A DNA stretch of 64,000 bases from positions 7,270-71,269 of the forward strand of contig JAZQJV010000019.1 in the NCBI GenBank assembly GCA_045541795.1. Reading direction: 5' to 3'. The notes under the pieces are model-generated. The model made no database searches and was not told the DNA's origin. It was given only the letters and a program-made list of their open reading frames with translations. Source of the DNA: Patescibacteria group bacterium. Its GTDB lineage: Bacteria; Patescibacteriota; Microgenomatia; UBA1400; PJMF01. This document shows, piece after piece, positions 1 through 9,485 of the stretch (position 1 is its first letter; the number at the start of each line of letters is the position of its first letter). Position numbers and translations under genes: made by a program.

Positions 1-169
1 GCATTTGACGGAGAGACAAAAAACGGGCACGAGGGAGTGCTCATGTCTTGTTTTATGCTTGTCTGTCCTGCTCAAGTGCCATAAGTTTCAAATAAATTAA
101 TGAGTTTACATTATACCATACTTTGTACGATTTGTCAAGAGGCAATTGCGGTGGCTTTGCTTTTGTGGT

Positions 170-984
170 TTAGCGGCCATATGACGGTGTGGCGGGCGTA
201 TTGAGGTGAGCGGTGATCTGGGAGAGATTGTTGACGAGGTCGGTAGGCATGATCCAGACGGTATTGTTGCTCTGACTATTGCCGAGATCAGCGAGAGTGG
301 AGAGAGTGCGCAGTTGCATTGCGCCTGGGGATGTGGCTAGAGTTTGGGCGGCGATGGCCATGTTTTTGGCGGCTTCGACTTCACCTTGTGAAGTAATAAT
401 CACGGCTTTGCGTTCACGTTCGGCTTGAGCCACCTTAGCAATGGTTTGCTTGAGACTATCTGAGAGAATAATGTCTTTGAGTTCCACTGACTGGACTTCA
501 ATGCCCCAGGGGTCGGTAGCCTCATCGACGATGTGCTGGATAAGGTGTGCCACATCGGCCCGGTCTTGCAGCAGTTGATCGAGAGTGTACTCGCCGATGC
601 TATTTCTCATCGTGGTTTGGGCTAGTTGAGCGGTGGCGTAGACGTAATCTTCGACTTCAATTACCGCCATACGGGCATCTTTGACTCGGAAATAAACGAC
701 AGCATTGACTTGCACTGGGATGTTATCTTTGGTAATGACTTCTTGATTGGGGACGTCGACAGTTTTGGTGCGGATGTCGACTTTTTTGAGTTGATGGATG
801 ATAGGCCACATGATAAACCAGCCAGGATTGACAATGCGAGAAAAGCGGCCGAAAGTGAAAAGGACACCGCGCTCGTATTGGTTAATTTGACGGATAAAAC
901 GGGAAATAAGGACCAAAAAAAACGCAGCTACAAAAGCAAGCATAATCAAAACTGAAATAAATGAAAACAAAACACTCGCCATAT
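170..984 (-). CDS. SPFH/band-7 (stomatin/HflC-like) membrane protein
   Basis: N-terminal TM helix followed by a conserved SPFH core (RGVLFTFGRF..., QVNAVVYFRV, EDYV..A...LAQTTMR). A TGGTATAAT element lies ~20 nt upstream on the minus strand. Start taken at the internal Met (MASVLF...). Confidence 0.75.
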
Positions 985-1040
985 TGCCTTTCTTAATCTT
1001 TTTTATTATACCACACAAAAATTAGTTTTTTTATGTGAAT

Positions 1041-2885
1041 TTAGTCATCGCCGTCGGTCATGGCGTAATTGGGCTTATAGCGGAAAATGCGGTCAAAAAT
1101 CATGTCAAATTCTGATCGCTCTTCTAGTTGCTTGGTAATTCTTTGGGCTTTTTCGACCCGGTCAGTGAGGATAGCGTCAGCGTCTGTCTGGAGGAAATAA
1201 CGCATGGACGGTTCGCTGTTGACAGTCCAGATCATGACTTTTTTGCCTTGAGCGTGGATAGCATCAATAATAGTATCCGTGGCAATTTCTTCTTCAATCA
1301 GCAAATAATCAGTATTAAGCGAAGCGGTATCACCAAAAGAAAGAGAGATGGTGTGACCAGTAAGGGCGTCTGGATAATGATTTTCGATATAGTCTACTAG
1401 ATGATAGTCAAGACTGATGAGATAAGCTTGATCTAGCATGTCGCGCTCGCGCAACATAGCGATGACGTCTTCGGCCATGCTCATATCGGCGGTTTCTCCT
1501 TTGAGTTCGACAAAAGGAATGATGTGCCCGCGGGCAGTATCAAGCATCTGCTCTACTCGAGAAACTGGTTCGCCGCTGGCTTGTTTGCTGTGCGCATCGT
1601 GCAAATGCAACTGCGTCATTTCTGGCCAAGTGATTTGGTATGAACGGCGCTGATCATCAGCCATGCGGGCAAAAGTGACGTCGTGATTGACGGCGTAGAC
1701 GCCGTCTTTAGTCCTTTGAATATCAAATTCGCTGCCTAAGACGCCGTGCGCGATGGCTTCGCGCATACCGGCAGCAGTGTTTTCGGTATCTAAGATGCCG
1801 CCGCCGCGGTGAGCGACGATTTGTACGTTTACTTCTGGTGAGAAGAATTCGTCAAAATGTTTATCACAATACCACGCCGCAAGGGCACATAAAGCGGTGA
1901 CACTGACGCAGGTCGTCCACATCCAGGGATGGAATTGCTTTTTTGGCGGACGATAGACGAAGGGAATTTGGTGGCGATAGGTATAATAGAGTCGGGTAAG
2001 GTGCATAATGTAAAACGGCATCGCTAGAAGGATATTGAGGGTAACACCAAGACGCAGGATTTGCGACCAAAAAATAATCAGCACTCGAGGAATTTGCCAG
2101 CTGGTGGCAACCCCAGCGATGATGGCGATCAGTATCCAAAGGAATATCAACGCGGCTTGGACTAGCAACAGATGAGTGGTAAATCTAATGCCTTCCCAAA
2201 TGAAGTTTTTCCAGTGCTTTTTGATGAGGACGTATGACCTTTTGGCGGCTTGGGCGATAGTATCATGATCGATAATGACGGCATGGAAAATAAAACTGTT
2301 AAACCAGGCGATGATAAACAGCACAAATGAAAGAAGGTTAAAACATAGATTGTAGACGGGATTGGCTGCGATCACGCTAGCAATGAAATTAGGCAAGTAA
2401 AGCTCTTGTGTCAGTCCCAAGGAGAGCTTGAGTCCTAATATGGGTGAGAGCAAGCTGACAAATAAAACCACGATGATACCTGGCAAATTTAAAAACTTTT
2501 TGGCATCGCTTAGGATTTGCCGCACAAAAATTTTAAAGGTGAGTTTTTCGCCGCGCAGCAAATACTGACTAAAAATGATTTTTGCAAGTAAATCAAAGGC
2601 CGTGTAAACGATGAGAAATATTAGTCCGCCTAAAATCAGGAGCCAGCCTTGCCAGGAAAAAAGTAAAAATTGGATGTCGCCACTGCCGACTGCTACACGT
2701 CCAGAAAATTTGAGAAATAAGGCAAAAAGGATTTGCGAAAGGGTGACGAAAACGACTAAGATGATTTTGGTGGGGATCTGGTATTGCCAAATAGTGGGGA
2801 TGGATCGCCAATAAACGCTCCACAGCTGTCGATGACGGTTTTCTTGACGTTGACGCTGGAATTTGGCAAATAGCTTGCTTTTCAT
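1041..2885 (-). CDS. Membrane-anchored glycerophosphodiester phosphodiesterase (polytopic N-terminal domain + GDPD catalytic domain)
   Basis: C-terminal HRGG...E.D motif (VAHRGGGILDTENT...EFDIQRTKDG) typical of the GP-PDE family. About 380 aa of multi-TM N-terminal domain. Start taken at MKSKLF..., which follows a minus-strand TGGTATAAT. Confidence 0.7.
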   Translation of the reverse strand: MKSKLFAKFQRQRQENRHRQLWSVYWRSIPTIWQYQIPTKIILVVFVTLSQILFALFLKFSGRVAVGSGDIQFLLFSWQGWLLILGGLIFLIVYTAFDLLAKIIFSQYLLRGEKLTFKIFVRQILSDAKKFLNLPGIIVVLFVSLLSPILGLKLSLGLTQELYLPNFIASVIAANPVYNLCFNLLSFVLFIIAWFNSFIFHAVIIDHDTIAQAAKRSYVLIKKHWKNFIWEGIRFTTHLLLVQAALIFLWILIAIIAGVATSWQIPRVLIIFWSQILRLGVTLNILLAMPFYIMHLTRLYYTYRHQIPFVYRPPKKQFHPWMWTTCVSVTALCALAAWYCDKHFDEFFSPEVNVQIVAHRGGGILDTENTAAGMREAIAHGVLGSEFDIQRTKDGVYAVNHDVTFARMADDQRRSYQITWPEMTQLHLHDAHSKQASGEPVSRVEQMLDTARGHIIPFVELKGETADMSMAEDVIAMLRERDMLDQAYLISLDYHLVDYIENHYPDALTGHTISLSFGDTASLNTDYLLIEEEIATDTIIDAIHAQGKKVMIWTVNSEPSMRYFLQTDADAILTDRVEKAQRITKQLEERSEFDMIFDRIFRYKPNYAMTDGDD

Positions 2886-2948
2886 GCGGCTATTATACCA
2901 CAGGTGGATCGCGATCGTATACTTAATTTGATGTGGTATAATGTGCTC

Positions 2949-3740
2949 ATGAAGCAGAAATATATGTTTACTGGGGTCTATACTGTCCTCGTGGTAGGGG
3001 CATGTGTGATGACCACGTTGGCTTTTTTGTGTCGACAAAGGTATAAAATGCCTATAAATCAAGATAAATTTGATATGACTCAAGTGCAAGTCCGCCCTGT
3101 CGTTTATGGCTGCGCTACGCCAGAAGCATCGCTTGAGCGTTGGGACGGCTGCTCCGAGCTGCATTTTGGCGAACAGGTGTGCTTACTAGATCAGCGAGAT
3201 GGGAAAACATATTGGGCGGGTAAATTTGCTGATGACAGGTGCTGGTTGCTTAATGATTTGCGTTTTGGCGGAAGCAGTGATGGGTGTGCTGGACGGCAGG
3301 AGTTTAACGGCTTGGAAGCTGGTATCACGGACAGATTTGGTGACGGCACTCGTGGTGATTGCCGCGAAAGCGATGTGGACGGTGCGGGCTATTTTTATAA
3401 TTTTGCGGCTGCCACTCAAGGAGAAACAGGCGAACGTGTCCGAGGACTGTGTCCGCCAGGCTGGCATGTGCCTAGCGGTGGCGCTGCCGGTGAGCTGGCC
3501 GCGTTGGCTGATACTAGTGCTCGCGATAGTTTTTGGCGAGAAAGTTGGCGCGGAAGTCTGGCTGGCGATGCGGTTTTTAGCGGTGAACTTTTTGGCCAGG
3601 GACTTTTTGGTTATTACTGGTCGGCGACGCCGGCGCCTGGAGGTAAGGCTTACAATTTACAATTGACTCTTGGTGAGAGTGATGTAGTAAGTATTCATGA
3701 CCAAACAATTGGCTTTTTGCTACGGTGTGTACAAGATTGA
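2949..3740 (+). CDS. Fibrobacter-succinogenes-major-paralogous (FISUMP, TIGR02145-like) domain protein, membrane-anchored/secreted
   Basis: N-terminal TM helix. Motifs CPPGWHVPSGG..., GYYWSAT..., and C-terminal ...IGFLLRCVQD match the FISUMP domain signature (CP.GW.LPS / G.YWSS / S.RCV.D). Start sits 6 nt after a TGGTATAAT element, so likely leaderless. Confidence 0.6.
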   Translation: MKQKYMFTGVYTVLVVGACVMTTLAFLCRQRYKMPINQDKFDMTQVQVRPVVYGCATPEASLERWDGCSELHFGEQVCLLDQRDGKTYWAGKFADDRCWLLNDLRFGGSSDGCAGRQEFNGLEAGITDRFGDGTRGDCRESDVDGAGYFYNFAAATQGETGERVRGLCPPGWHVPSGGAAGELAALADTSARDSFWRESWRGSLAGDAVFSGELFGQGLFGYYWSATPAPGGKAYNLQLTLGESDVVSIHDQTIGFLLRCVQD

Positions 3741-3744
3741 TTGA

Positions 3745-3778
3745 CTAAAAAACCGCCATCAGCGATGGCGGTTTTTGA
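3745..3778. terminator. Bidirectional intrinsic terminator between convergent FISUMP gene and rplA
   Basis: A-run, then stem CCGCCATC-AGC-GATGGCGG, then TTTTT. Symmetric, so it can work on both strands. Confidence 0.6.
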
Positions 3779-3791
3779 TGATAGCAAATGT

Positions 3792-4526
3792 TTATTCTTG
3801 GCCATTTAAGGAGACTTTAACGCCAGGACTCATGGTAGCGCTGACGGTACATTTGAGGGTTTTGCCGTCAGTAGCTTTGATGAGAGCGGCGAGGTTGTCT
3901 ACCAAATCAGACGTCGGCGTGCTAGTCTTGCCGAGTGCCACGTGTAAAAGCGGGGCTTTGCGTTCGGTTTTGAGGACAGTTTTGCCGCCCAAAAGTTCCG
4001 CTTTGGCTTTTTCGGGATCAGAGACGATAGTGTTGTTTTTGGGATTAGGCATCAGACCCTTAGGCCCTAAAATCCGCGCTAATTTAGCAAGTTTGGGCAT
4101 GTATTGAGGCGTGGTCAGCAGGACATCAAAATCAATCTTGCCAGCCGCGACATTTTCTAGTAAGGCATCATCAACGATAGCCACCCGCAGCTGCTTGCCG
4201 GTGGAATGCGGGAAAGTGACACTCAGCTGGTTGTTGGTATCTTTGAGAACCAAATCGGCACTGATAGTGCTTTCAAACTTGGCGTATGACGTTTTTTTCA
4301 CCAGGTCGAATGCTTCAGCCATCGGATACAGCTTACTGCGATCAACGAGGGAGCGGACACTTTGATATCGGGTAGAACGGCCAAGTTTAGTTTTGGTTTT
4401 TTTGGCTGGTTGCTCTTGGGTCTCTGGTGCAGTTGCTACTGCTTCTGCCGTGCTGGCAGCGTCAGCATCTACAATTTTGACGTGGTCTTGCGAGCCGTCT
4501 ACAGAAACATTTTTTTTCGAACCCAT
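3792..4526 (-). CDS. rplA: 50S ribosomal protein L1 (with N-terminal low-complexity extension)
   Basis: GPKGLMPNPK motif and an overall L1 profile. Position is downstream of rplK. Confidence 0.9.
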   Translation of the reverse strand: MGSKKNVSVDGSQDHVKIVDADAASTAEAVATAPETQEQPAKKTKTKLGRSTRYQSVRSLVDRSKLYPMAEAFDLVKKTSYAKFESTISADLVLKDTNNQLSVTFPHSTGKQLRVAIVDDALLENVAAGKIDFDVLLTTPQYMPKLAKLARILGPKGLMPNPKNNTIVSDPEKAKAELLGGKTVLKTERKAPLLHVALGKTSTPTSDLVDNLAALIKATDGKTLKCTVSATMSPGVKVSLNGQE

Positions 4527-4596
4527 AATTTCCTTTCTGGTTCTCCCGCCGACAGTAAGCTGCTAGCGGTGAAAATCCTTCTTTAATTTTTAACTT

Positions 4597-5022
4597 TTAA
4601 CTTTCTACTTCAATCCCCATAGAGCGAGCGGTACCAGCGACAGAGTGCATGGCTTGCTCTAAGTCAGCGGTATTGAGGTCTGGCAATTTTTCGGTGGCGA
4701 TTTTTTTGAGTTGCTCACTCGTGAGCTTGCCTGCCGTCTCGCGTCCGCTCAGACCGCTGCCTTTTTGCAATTTGAGCTCTCTCTTAATCATTGCAGAAAC
4801 AGGTGGTAATTTAAGCTCAAAAGTAAAGGAACGATCTTGGTAAATCGTGATTTCTGCCGGGATGATTTGCCCTTTTTTATCTTGAGTGGCCGCATTGTAT
4901 TGTTTGAGGAAATCCATCATGTTGATACCAGCTTGGCCCAAGATAGGACCGACTGGCGGTGCAGGAGTAGCAGTACCACCTGGTAAATTTAGTTTGAGGA
5001 CGTTAATAACTTTTTTTGCCAT
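4597..5022 (-). CDS. rplK: 50S ribosomal protein L11
   Basis: MAKKV...KLNLPGGTATPAPPVGPILGQAGINMM, the canonical L11 N-terminus. Confidence 0.92.
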   Translation of the reverse strand: MAKKVINVLKLNLPGGTATPAPPVGPILGQAGINMMDFLKQYNAATQDKKGQIIPAEITIYQDRSFTFELKLPPVSAMIKRELKLQKGSGLSGRETAGKLTSEQLKKIATEKLPDLNTADLEQAMHSVAGTARSMGIEVES

Positions 5023-5047
5023 ATATTCTTTCTTTAATTAACTAAGT

Positions 5048-5719
5048 CTAACTAATTTTTTGCACTTGTAAGAAGTCGAGTTCTACTGGCGTCTCGCGGC
5101 CAAAAATGTTGATCAGAACTTCCAATTTACCACGAGCTTCGTCAATCTTACTGATTGTGCCCAAGAAGTCGTTGAAAGGACCATCCACGATTTTGACTGG
5201 TTCGCCTTCGGAATAATCCACTTTGAATTTAGTTTCTGTCTGGGCGACGTATTTGATGATGTCATCGACTTCTTTTTTGGTGAGCGGGCGTGGGCGAGTG
5301 TCATTGACACCGACAAATCCCGATACACCCTGAGTAGTGCGGACAGCGATCCAGGTGGCGTCATTAAGCTCCATATTGACCAACATGTAGCCCGGATAAA
5401 TTTTTTCGTGTACGGTTTTGCGCTGACCACGTTTGATTTGGATTTTGTCTTGGGTGGGAATTAAGGTTTGCAAAATTTTACCCTCAAGACCGAGTGTTTG
5501 CGTCCGTTGGCGCAGTGCTTCGGAGACTTTGTTTTCGTGGCCGGAGTAGACGTGGACGACGTACCAGCGAGCGTTTTTATTTTCACCTTCGGAAACAGTG
5601 AAGATATTGGGAGACGGTACTTGCACTTCCTGTACTTCTGGCGCTTCCACGCTAGTTAAATCTTGATTCATCTGGCTGTTATCTTCTTGTGGCATATATT
5701 CCTTTAGGCGACGAGCCAT
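5048..5719 (-). CDS. nusG: Transcription termination/antitermination factor NusG
   Basis: NGN domain (WYVVHVYSGHENKV) plus a C-terminal KOW (GEPVKIVDGPFNDFLGTI). Sits between secE and rplK. Confidence 0.88.
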   Translation of the reverse strand: MARRLKEYMPQEDNSQMNQDLTSVEAPEVQEVQVPSPNIFTVSEGENKNARWYVVHVYSGHENKVSEALRQRTQTLGLEGKILQTLIPTQDKIQIKRGQRKTVHEKIYPGYMLVNMELNDATWIAVRTTQGVSGFVGVNDTRPRPLTKKEVDDIIKYVAQTETKFKVDYSEGEPVKIVDGPFNDFLGTISKIDEARGKLEVLINIFGRETPVELDFLQVQKIS

Positions 5720-5886
5720 CTGATCGCGTAGCGGAAGGCAAAATCTAGCAGACCCACCATCACGGCAAGTAACAGTGACAAACTGACGACGAGCGTGGTC
5801 ATTTCGATGACTTCTTGTCGGCTGGGAAAAGTAACTTTCCTCAGTTCGCTGCTGACACCTTGTAGGTAGCTACGTATCTTTTTCAT
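5704..5886 (-). CDS. secE: Preprotein translocase subunit SecE
   Basis: 60-aa single-TM protein directly upstream of nusG, overlapping it by 16 nt. A TGGTATAAT lies ~10 nt upstream. Confidence 0.75.
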   Translation of the reverse strand: MKKIRSYLQGVSSELRKVTFPSRQEVIEMTTLVVSLSLLLAVMVGLLDFAFRYAIRWLVA

Positions 5887-6047
5887 AATTAAGTTCTCGT
5901 ATTATACCACAAAAAAACTGTTTTGGGAGGGCAAAATAAAAGTAAAACTGCAAAGTGGCGTTAAGACAACTGCGAAAAAATAAATTGAGTATTTATTGTA
6001 TACAATAAATAGTTTTTATATTGGTGATTCAATATTTTTAAATACCC

Positions 6048-7127
6048 CTATTTTTGCTTATTTTTTGCTTGTTCACAAATTTCCAACAAAGTGAGTTCGA
6101 GATCTAGATATGGGATCGGAGAATTTGCACGAGCTGCAAGTAATTGTTTGAGTAAAAAATGTGTTTGTTTAAAGTTGAGTGAGACCGGATTATTTTTAAT
6201 ATTGTCAATTAATTGCTGGTGCAAAAAGCTAAATAGACTTTGGCGGAAAAAGTTTTCATCGACATTATTTTGGCGCAGTGAAGCAAAAAAGTTGATTAGT
6301 CCTTGTTCGTCTTTTTTGATCATAAGCGTGGTAAGTTTTTGAATGTGAGCGGTAATGTCACCCATGAGCAGTTTTTGGACATTTTCACTGGTGATGGATC
6401 CGGTCTGAGCAACTGTCTGCAAGTATTTGACGCCATCGCGGAAACTGCCGTCGGCTAATGTGGCGATCTCTTCTAGCACTTTGTCATCGGCAGTGAGCTT
6501 TTGATCAGCGAGAATGCGGTGAAAATTAGCAATTTGTTCACTATTTGTGGCTTTGGTATAATTCACGCGGACGCACCGAGAAATGACGGTGGCAGGGATT
6601 TTGTGCGCTTCGGTGGTGGCGAGGATAAAAAATGCGTGACGTGGGGGTTCTTCAAGGATTTTGAGTAATGCATTAAAGGCTTCGTTGGTAAACATGTGGA
6701 CTTCATCCAAGATATAGACCAAAACTGGGGAGAGCGATGGCGGGACGTAGACTTGCTCTTGCAAAGCGCGCACATCGTCAATCCCGCGGTGAGAGGCGGC
6801 GTCTATTTCGACCACCGCGTAGGAGTTACCTTGGATGATCTGGCGGATGTCTTCGTGCTCTATTTCGGGGTCAGCTAGTGGGGCGAGCGAACTTCCGGGA
6901 TCTGGTTGGAGGTAAGCTTTTTGGATGGTGGGCAAGTTGGCGGGTGTATTAAGGGTAGCGGCTAAAATGCGGGCCGTGGAGGTTTTGCCGGTACCTTTTG
7001 GTCCAGTAAAAAGGAGCACTTGAGGAAAATTTGCCCCCTTTTGGTAGCGTAGCATTTGTTCGCGGACGCTGACAAGCTCGAGTTCGCTAAATTTTTGTGG
7101 GCGGTAATAATTTGTCCAGGCAATCAT
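6048..7127 (-). CDS. dnaX: DNA polymerase III gamma/tau subunit (short form) or delta-prime AAA+ clamp-loader subunit
   Basis: YRPQKF..., Walker A GPKGTGKTSTARILA, SRC motif (ISRCVRVNY). The 359-aa length matches the short clamp-loader subunits of reduced genomes. Confidence 0.7.
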   Translation of the reverse strand: MIAWTNYYRPQKFSELELVSVREQMLRYQKGANFPQVLLFTGPKGTGKTSTARILAATLNTPANLPTIQKAYLQPDPGSSLAPLADPEIEHEDIRQIIQGNSYAVVEIDAASHRGIDDVRALQEQVYVPPSLSPVLVYILDEVHMFTNEAFNALLKILEEPPRHAFFILATTEAHKIPATVISRCVRVNYTKATNSEQIANFHRILADQKLTADDKVLEEIATLADGSFRDGVKYLQTVAQTGSITSENVQKLLMGDITAHIQKLTTLMIKKDEQGLINFFASLRQNNVDENFFRQSLFSFLHQQLIDNIKNNPVSLNFKQTHFLLKQLLAARANSPIPYLDLELTLLEICEQAKNKQK

Positions 7128-7164
7128 GTATGTATTATACCATATTTTGTGGTATAATCAAGAT

Positions 7165-8016
7165 ATGCCAGAATTACCAGAAGTTGAAACAGTCGTCCGT
7201 AGTCTGCGGCCGTACGTAGTGAGTAAAAAAATTGTACACATTGATGTGAGAAAAGATAAAAGTTTTCCCGATAGCAAGCGTTTTGGTGATGTAATTAATC
7301 ACAAAATTACCAAAGTGTGGCGACGTGCTAAATTGATTATTATGGATTTGGACAATCACTATCATTTGCTTACGCATTTAAAAATGACCGGGCAGCTTTT
7401 GTATCAAAGCGAAAAATGGCTGGCTGGCGGCGGACATCCCACACGTGATGTGCTCGCACAGTTGCCAGGTAAACACACGCGGGTGATTTTGGATCTTGAT
7501 GATGGCAGTCATTTATTTTTTAACGATTTGCGGATTTTTGGCTGGATACGAGTCTTAAATGATGATGAGTTAGCTTTGGAGCTTGCTAAATACGGGCCTG
7601 ACGCTAATGCGATCGCTGACCCAGATAGATTGTGGTCTTTGTGGCAGCGAGTGCGCCGTCCGATCAAACAGGTACTCATGGATAACAAATATTTAAGTGG
7701 AATCGGTAATATTTATGCGGCGGAGCTTTGCTGGGAATGCGGCTTGGATCCGCGTCGGCCGGCTTTCGAGTTGAGTCGGGACGAAGTCAAGGCTTTAGCG
7801 CGCCAGGCTCATGATTTGTTGGAGCGGGCAATTAGTTATGGTGGGACGACTTTTGATGGACGCTATGTGAATGCGGACGGCAAGGGCGGCGAGTTTGAAC
7901 AGTTTTTAGACGTGTACGGGCGAGGCGGGCAGAAATGTCATCGCTGTGGTGCGATGTTGAAAAGTATTAAAATTGGTGGTCGTTCGAGTGTTTTTTGTGA
8001 AAGGTGTCAGCGATGA
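7165..8016 (+). CDS. mutM: Formamidopyrimidine-DNA glycosylase / endonuclease VIII family (Fpg/Nei)
   Basis: N-terminal MPELPEVE and a C-terminal zinc finger (CHRCG...CERCQ). The ATG begins 6 nt after a TGGTATAAT element, so leaderless. Confidence 0.85.
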   Translation: MPELPEVETVVRSLRPYVVSKKIVHIDVRKDKSFPDSKRFGDVINHKITKVWRRAKLIIMDLDNHYHLLTHLKMTGQLLYQSEKWLAGGGHPTRDVLAQLPGKHTRVILDLDDGSHLFFNDLRIFGWIRVLNDDELALELAKYGPDANAIADPDRLWSLWQRVRRPIKQVLMDNKYLSGIGNIYAAELCWECGLDPRRPAFELSRDEVKALARQAHDLLERAISYGGTTFDGRYVNADGKGGEFEQFLDVYGRGGQKCHRCGAMLKSIKIGGRSSVFCERCQR

Positions 8017-8516
8017 TCGCGCTCGGCATTGACCCGGGTTTTGACCGGATTGGCTGGGCAGTGGGGCAAATTTTGGCGAGTGGAGAGGTAAATTTGCTGA
8101 GTTTCGGTCTGGTAGAGACCAAACGTGGGGCTGAGCTTTTTTCTCGCTATGCCCAGATCGAGCAAGAATTTGATGACTTACTGCGAGAGTTTCAGGTGAC
8201 AGAAGCGGCTCTGGAATCGCTGGTTTTTTTTCGTAATTACACCACAGTAATCCCGGTGGCTCAAGCTCGGGGGATTATTTTGGCCTGCTTGATCAGGCAG
8301 GGGGTGAAAATTGCCGAATACTCGCCCCCACAGATCAAAATGAGTGTGACAGGGTTTGGCCGGGCAGATAAAAAAGCAGTTGCCAAAATGGTACGGTGGC
8401 AATTAAAACTTGATGAAAGGCATATTACCGATAACATTATTGATGATACTTATGACGCGATGGCGGTACTCCTGACGCATGCTGGCGCACGCAAACTGGC
8501 GTGCCAGATTAACTAG
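8013..8516 (+). CDS. ruvC: Crossover junction endodeoxyribonuclease RuvC
   Basis: ALGIDPGFDRIGWAV..., TGFGRADKKAV..., DDTYDAMAV motifs. Overlaps the end of fpg. Confidence 0.8.
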   Translation: MIALGIDPGFDRIGWAVGQILASGEVNLLSFGLVETKRGAELFSRYAQIEQEFDDLLREFQVTEAALESLVFFRNYTTVIPVAQARGIILACLIRQGVKIAEYSPPQIKMSVTGFGRADKKAVAKMVRWQLKLDERHITDNIIDDTYDAMAVLLTHAGARKLACQIN

Positions 8517-9115
8517 TCATTGTCTTTCAGGAAAGCGGCCAGCTGCTCGAGAGCTTGGCGGCGCTGACTGATGCGGTTTTTGGTTTGCTGACCAATGTCG
8601 GCATAGGGTTTGTCAAAACCATCTGGGATAAATATCGGGTCAAAATCAAAACCGTCATGGCCAGAAAGAACAGTGGCAATTTTTCCTGGTAGATCGGCAT
8701 CAAAAAAGTGAGGTTGTCCTTGGGGCGGCAGGTAGCAAAATGTGGTGTGAAAGACGGCCGAGCGATTGGTGACAGTGTCCATTTTATGAAGGAGTGCTTC
8801 GGCGGCGATTTGATAACCGCTTTGCTGACACCACCGATGGGAGTGCACTCCTAAAAGTCCGGGAAAAGCAGCCACTTCGAGCCCAGAATCATCGGCAATT
8901 ACTGGGAGCGCGCGCGGATTATTGATGAAGGCTTCACATTTGAGTAAAGCATTGGCGTGATAATCTTGACCACACTCCTCTACTTCGTGTGCCCAGCCTG
9001 GGAAATCCTGGAGGCTGAAAAGTGAGACCTCTGGCAATATTTCTTGCAAGATTTGGCGGACCTCCAAAATTTTGCCCTGATTGCTGGAAGCAAAAAATAG
9101 TGATGTCGTGCGCAT
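8513..9115 (-). CDS. rdgB: Non-canonical purine NTP pyrophosphatase (RdgB/Ham1, dITP/XTP pyrophosphatase)
   Basis: FASSNQGK..., DDSGL.V..., GFDFDPIF.P... and SQRR motifs of the Ham1 family. Confidence 0.8.
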   Translation of the reverse strand: MRTTSLFFASSNQGKILEVRQILQEILPEVSLFSLQDFPGWAHEVEECGQDYHANALLKCEAFINNPRALPVIADDSGLEVAAFPGLLGVHSHRWCQQSGYQIAAEALLHKMDTVTNRSAVFHTTFCYLPPQGQPHFFDADLPGKIATVLSGHDGFDFDPIFIPDGFDKPYADIGQQTKNRISQRRQALEQLAAFLKDND

Positions 9116-9116
9116 A

Positions 9117-9422
9117 TTAGTTGGCTGTCGGCGGTTGATTAGCACCCATCAAACCTGAGAGCAGATCGTTGAGATTGCCCATATTTTGCATTTGCTTGGC
9201 TGCTTCTTCTTGTGATTTTTTGATGGCTTTGTTGAGAGCATTAACTGCGTCTTGACTCATCACGCCTTCGACAGAAAATTCTTTGATTTTTTGGTCGCCG
9301 GTGATGACGACTTTGATCCCGTTTTCTTCGACCACTGTTTCTTGAGCGGAAAGGGTTTTTTGGATTTCGAGGGCTTGCTTGCGCAACTTCATGAGGTCTC
9401 CGGCTTGCTGAAAGATATTCAT
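9117..9422 (-). CDS. ybaB: Nucleoid-associated protein YbaB/EbfC
   Basis: 101 aa with the MNIFQQAGDLMKLRKQALEIQ...VITGDQ pattern of the YbaB family. Confidence 0.8.
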   Translation of the reverse strand: MNIFQQAGDLMKLRKQALEIQKTLSAQETVVEENGIKVVITGDQKIKEFSVEGVMSQDAVNALNKAIKKSQEEAAKQMQNMGNLNDLLSGLMGANQPPTAN

Positions 9423-9485
9423 TTTGTCCTTTCTTGATCAATTTCCTCCATTATACCATACTTTTGTGTTATAATGAGGGGCAAT

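Noticed and set aside
1-44. Partial minus-strand CDS running off the left edge, with TGGTATAAT at about 108-116
   Set aside because: Only about 14 codons are visible and the start cannot be fixed. Too little sequence to call.
3199-3666. Overlapping alternative-frame ORFs inside real genes (for example 3199-3666, 626-955, 14098-14460, 16119-16529, 52555-53220, 61383-61928)
   Set aside because: They lie wholly inside, or antisense to, strongly supported genes. They have skewed Pro/Arg/Ala compositions and no independent promoter or RBS. They are frame artefacts.
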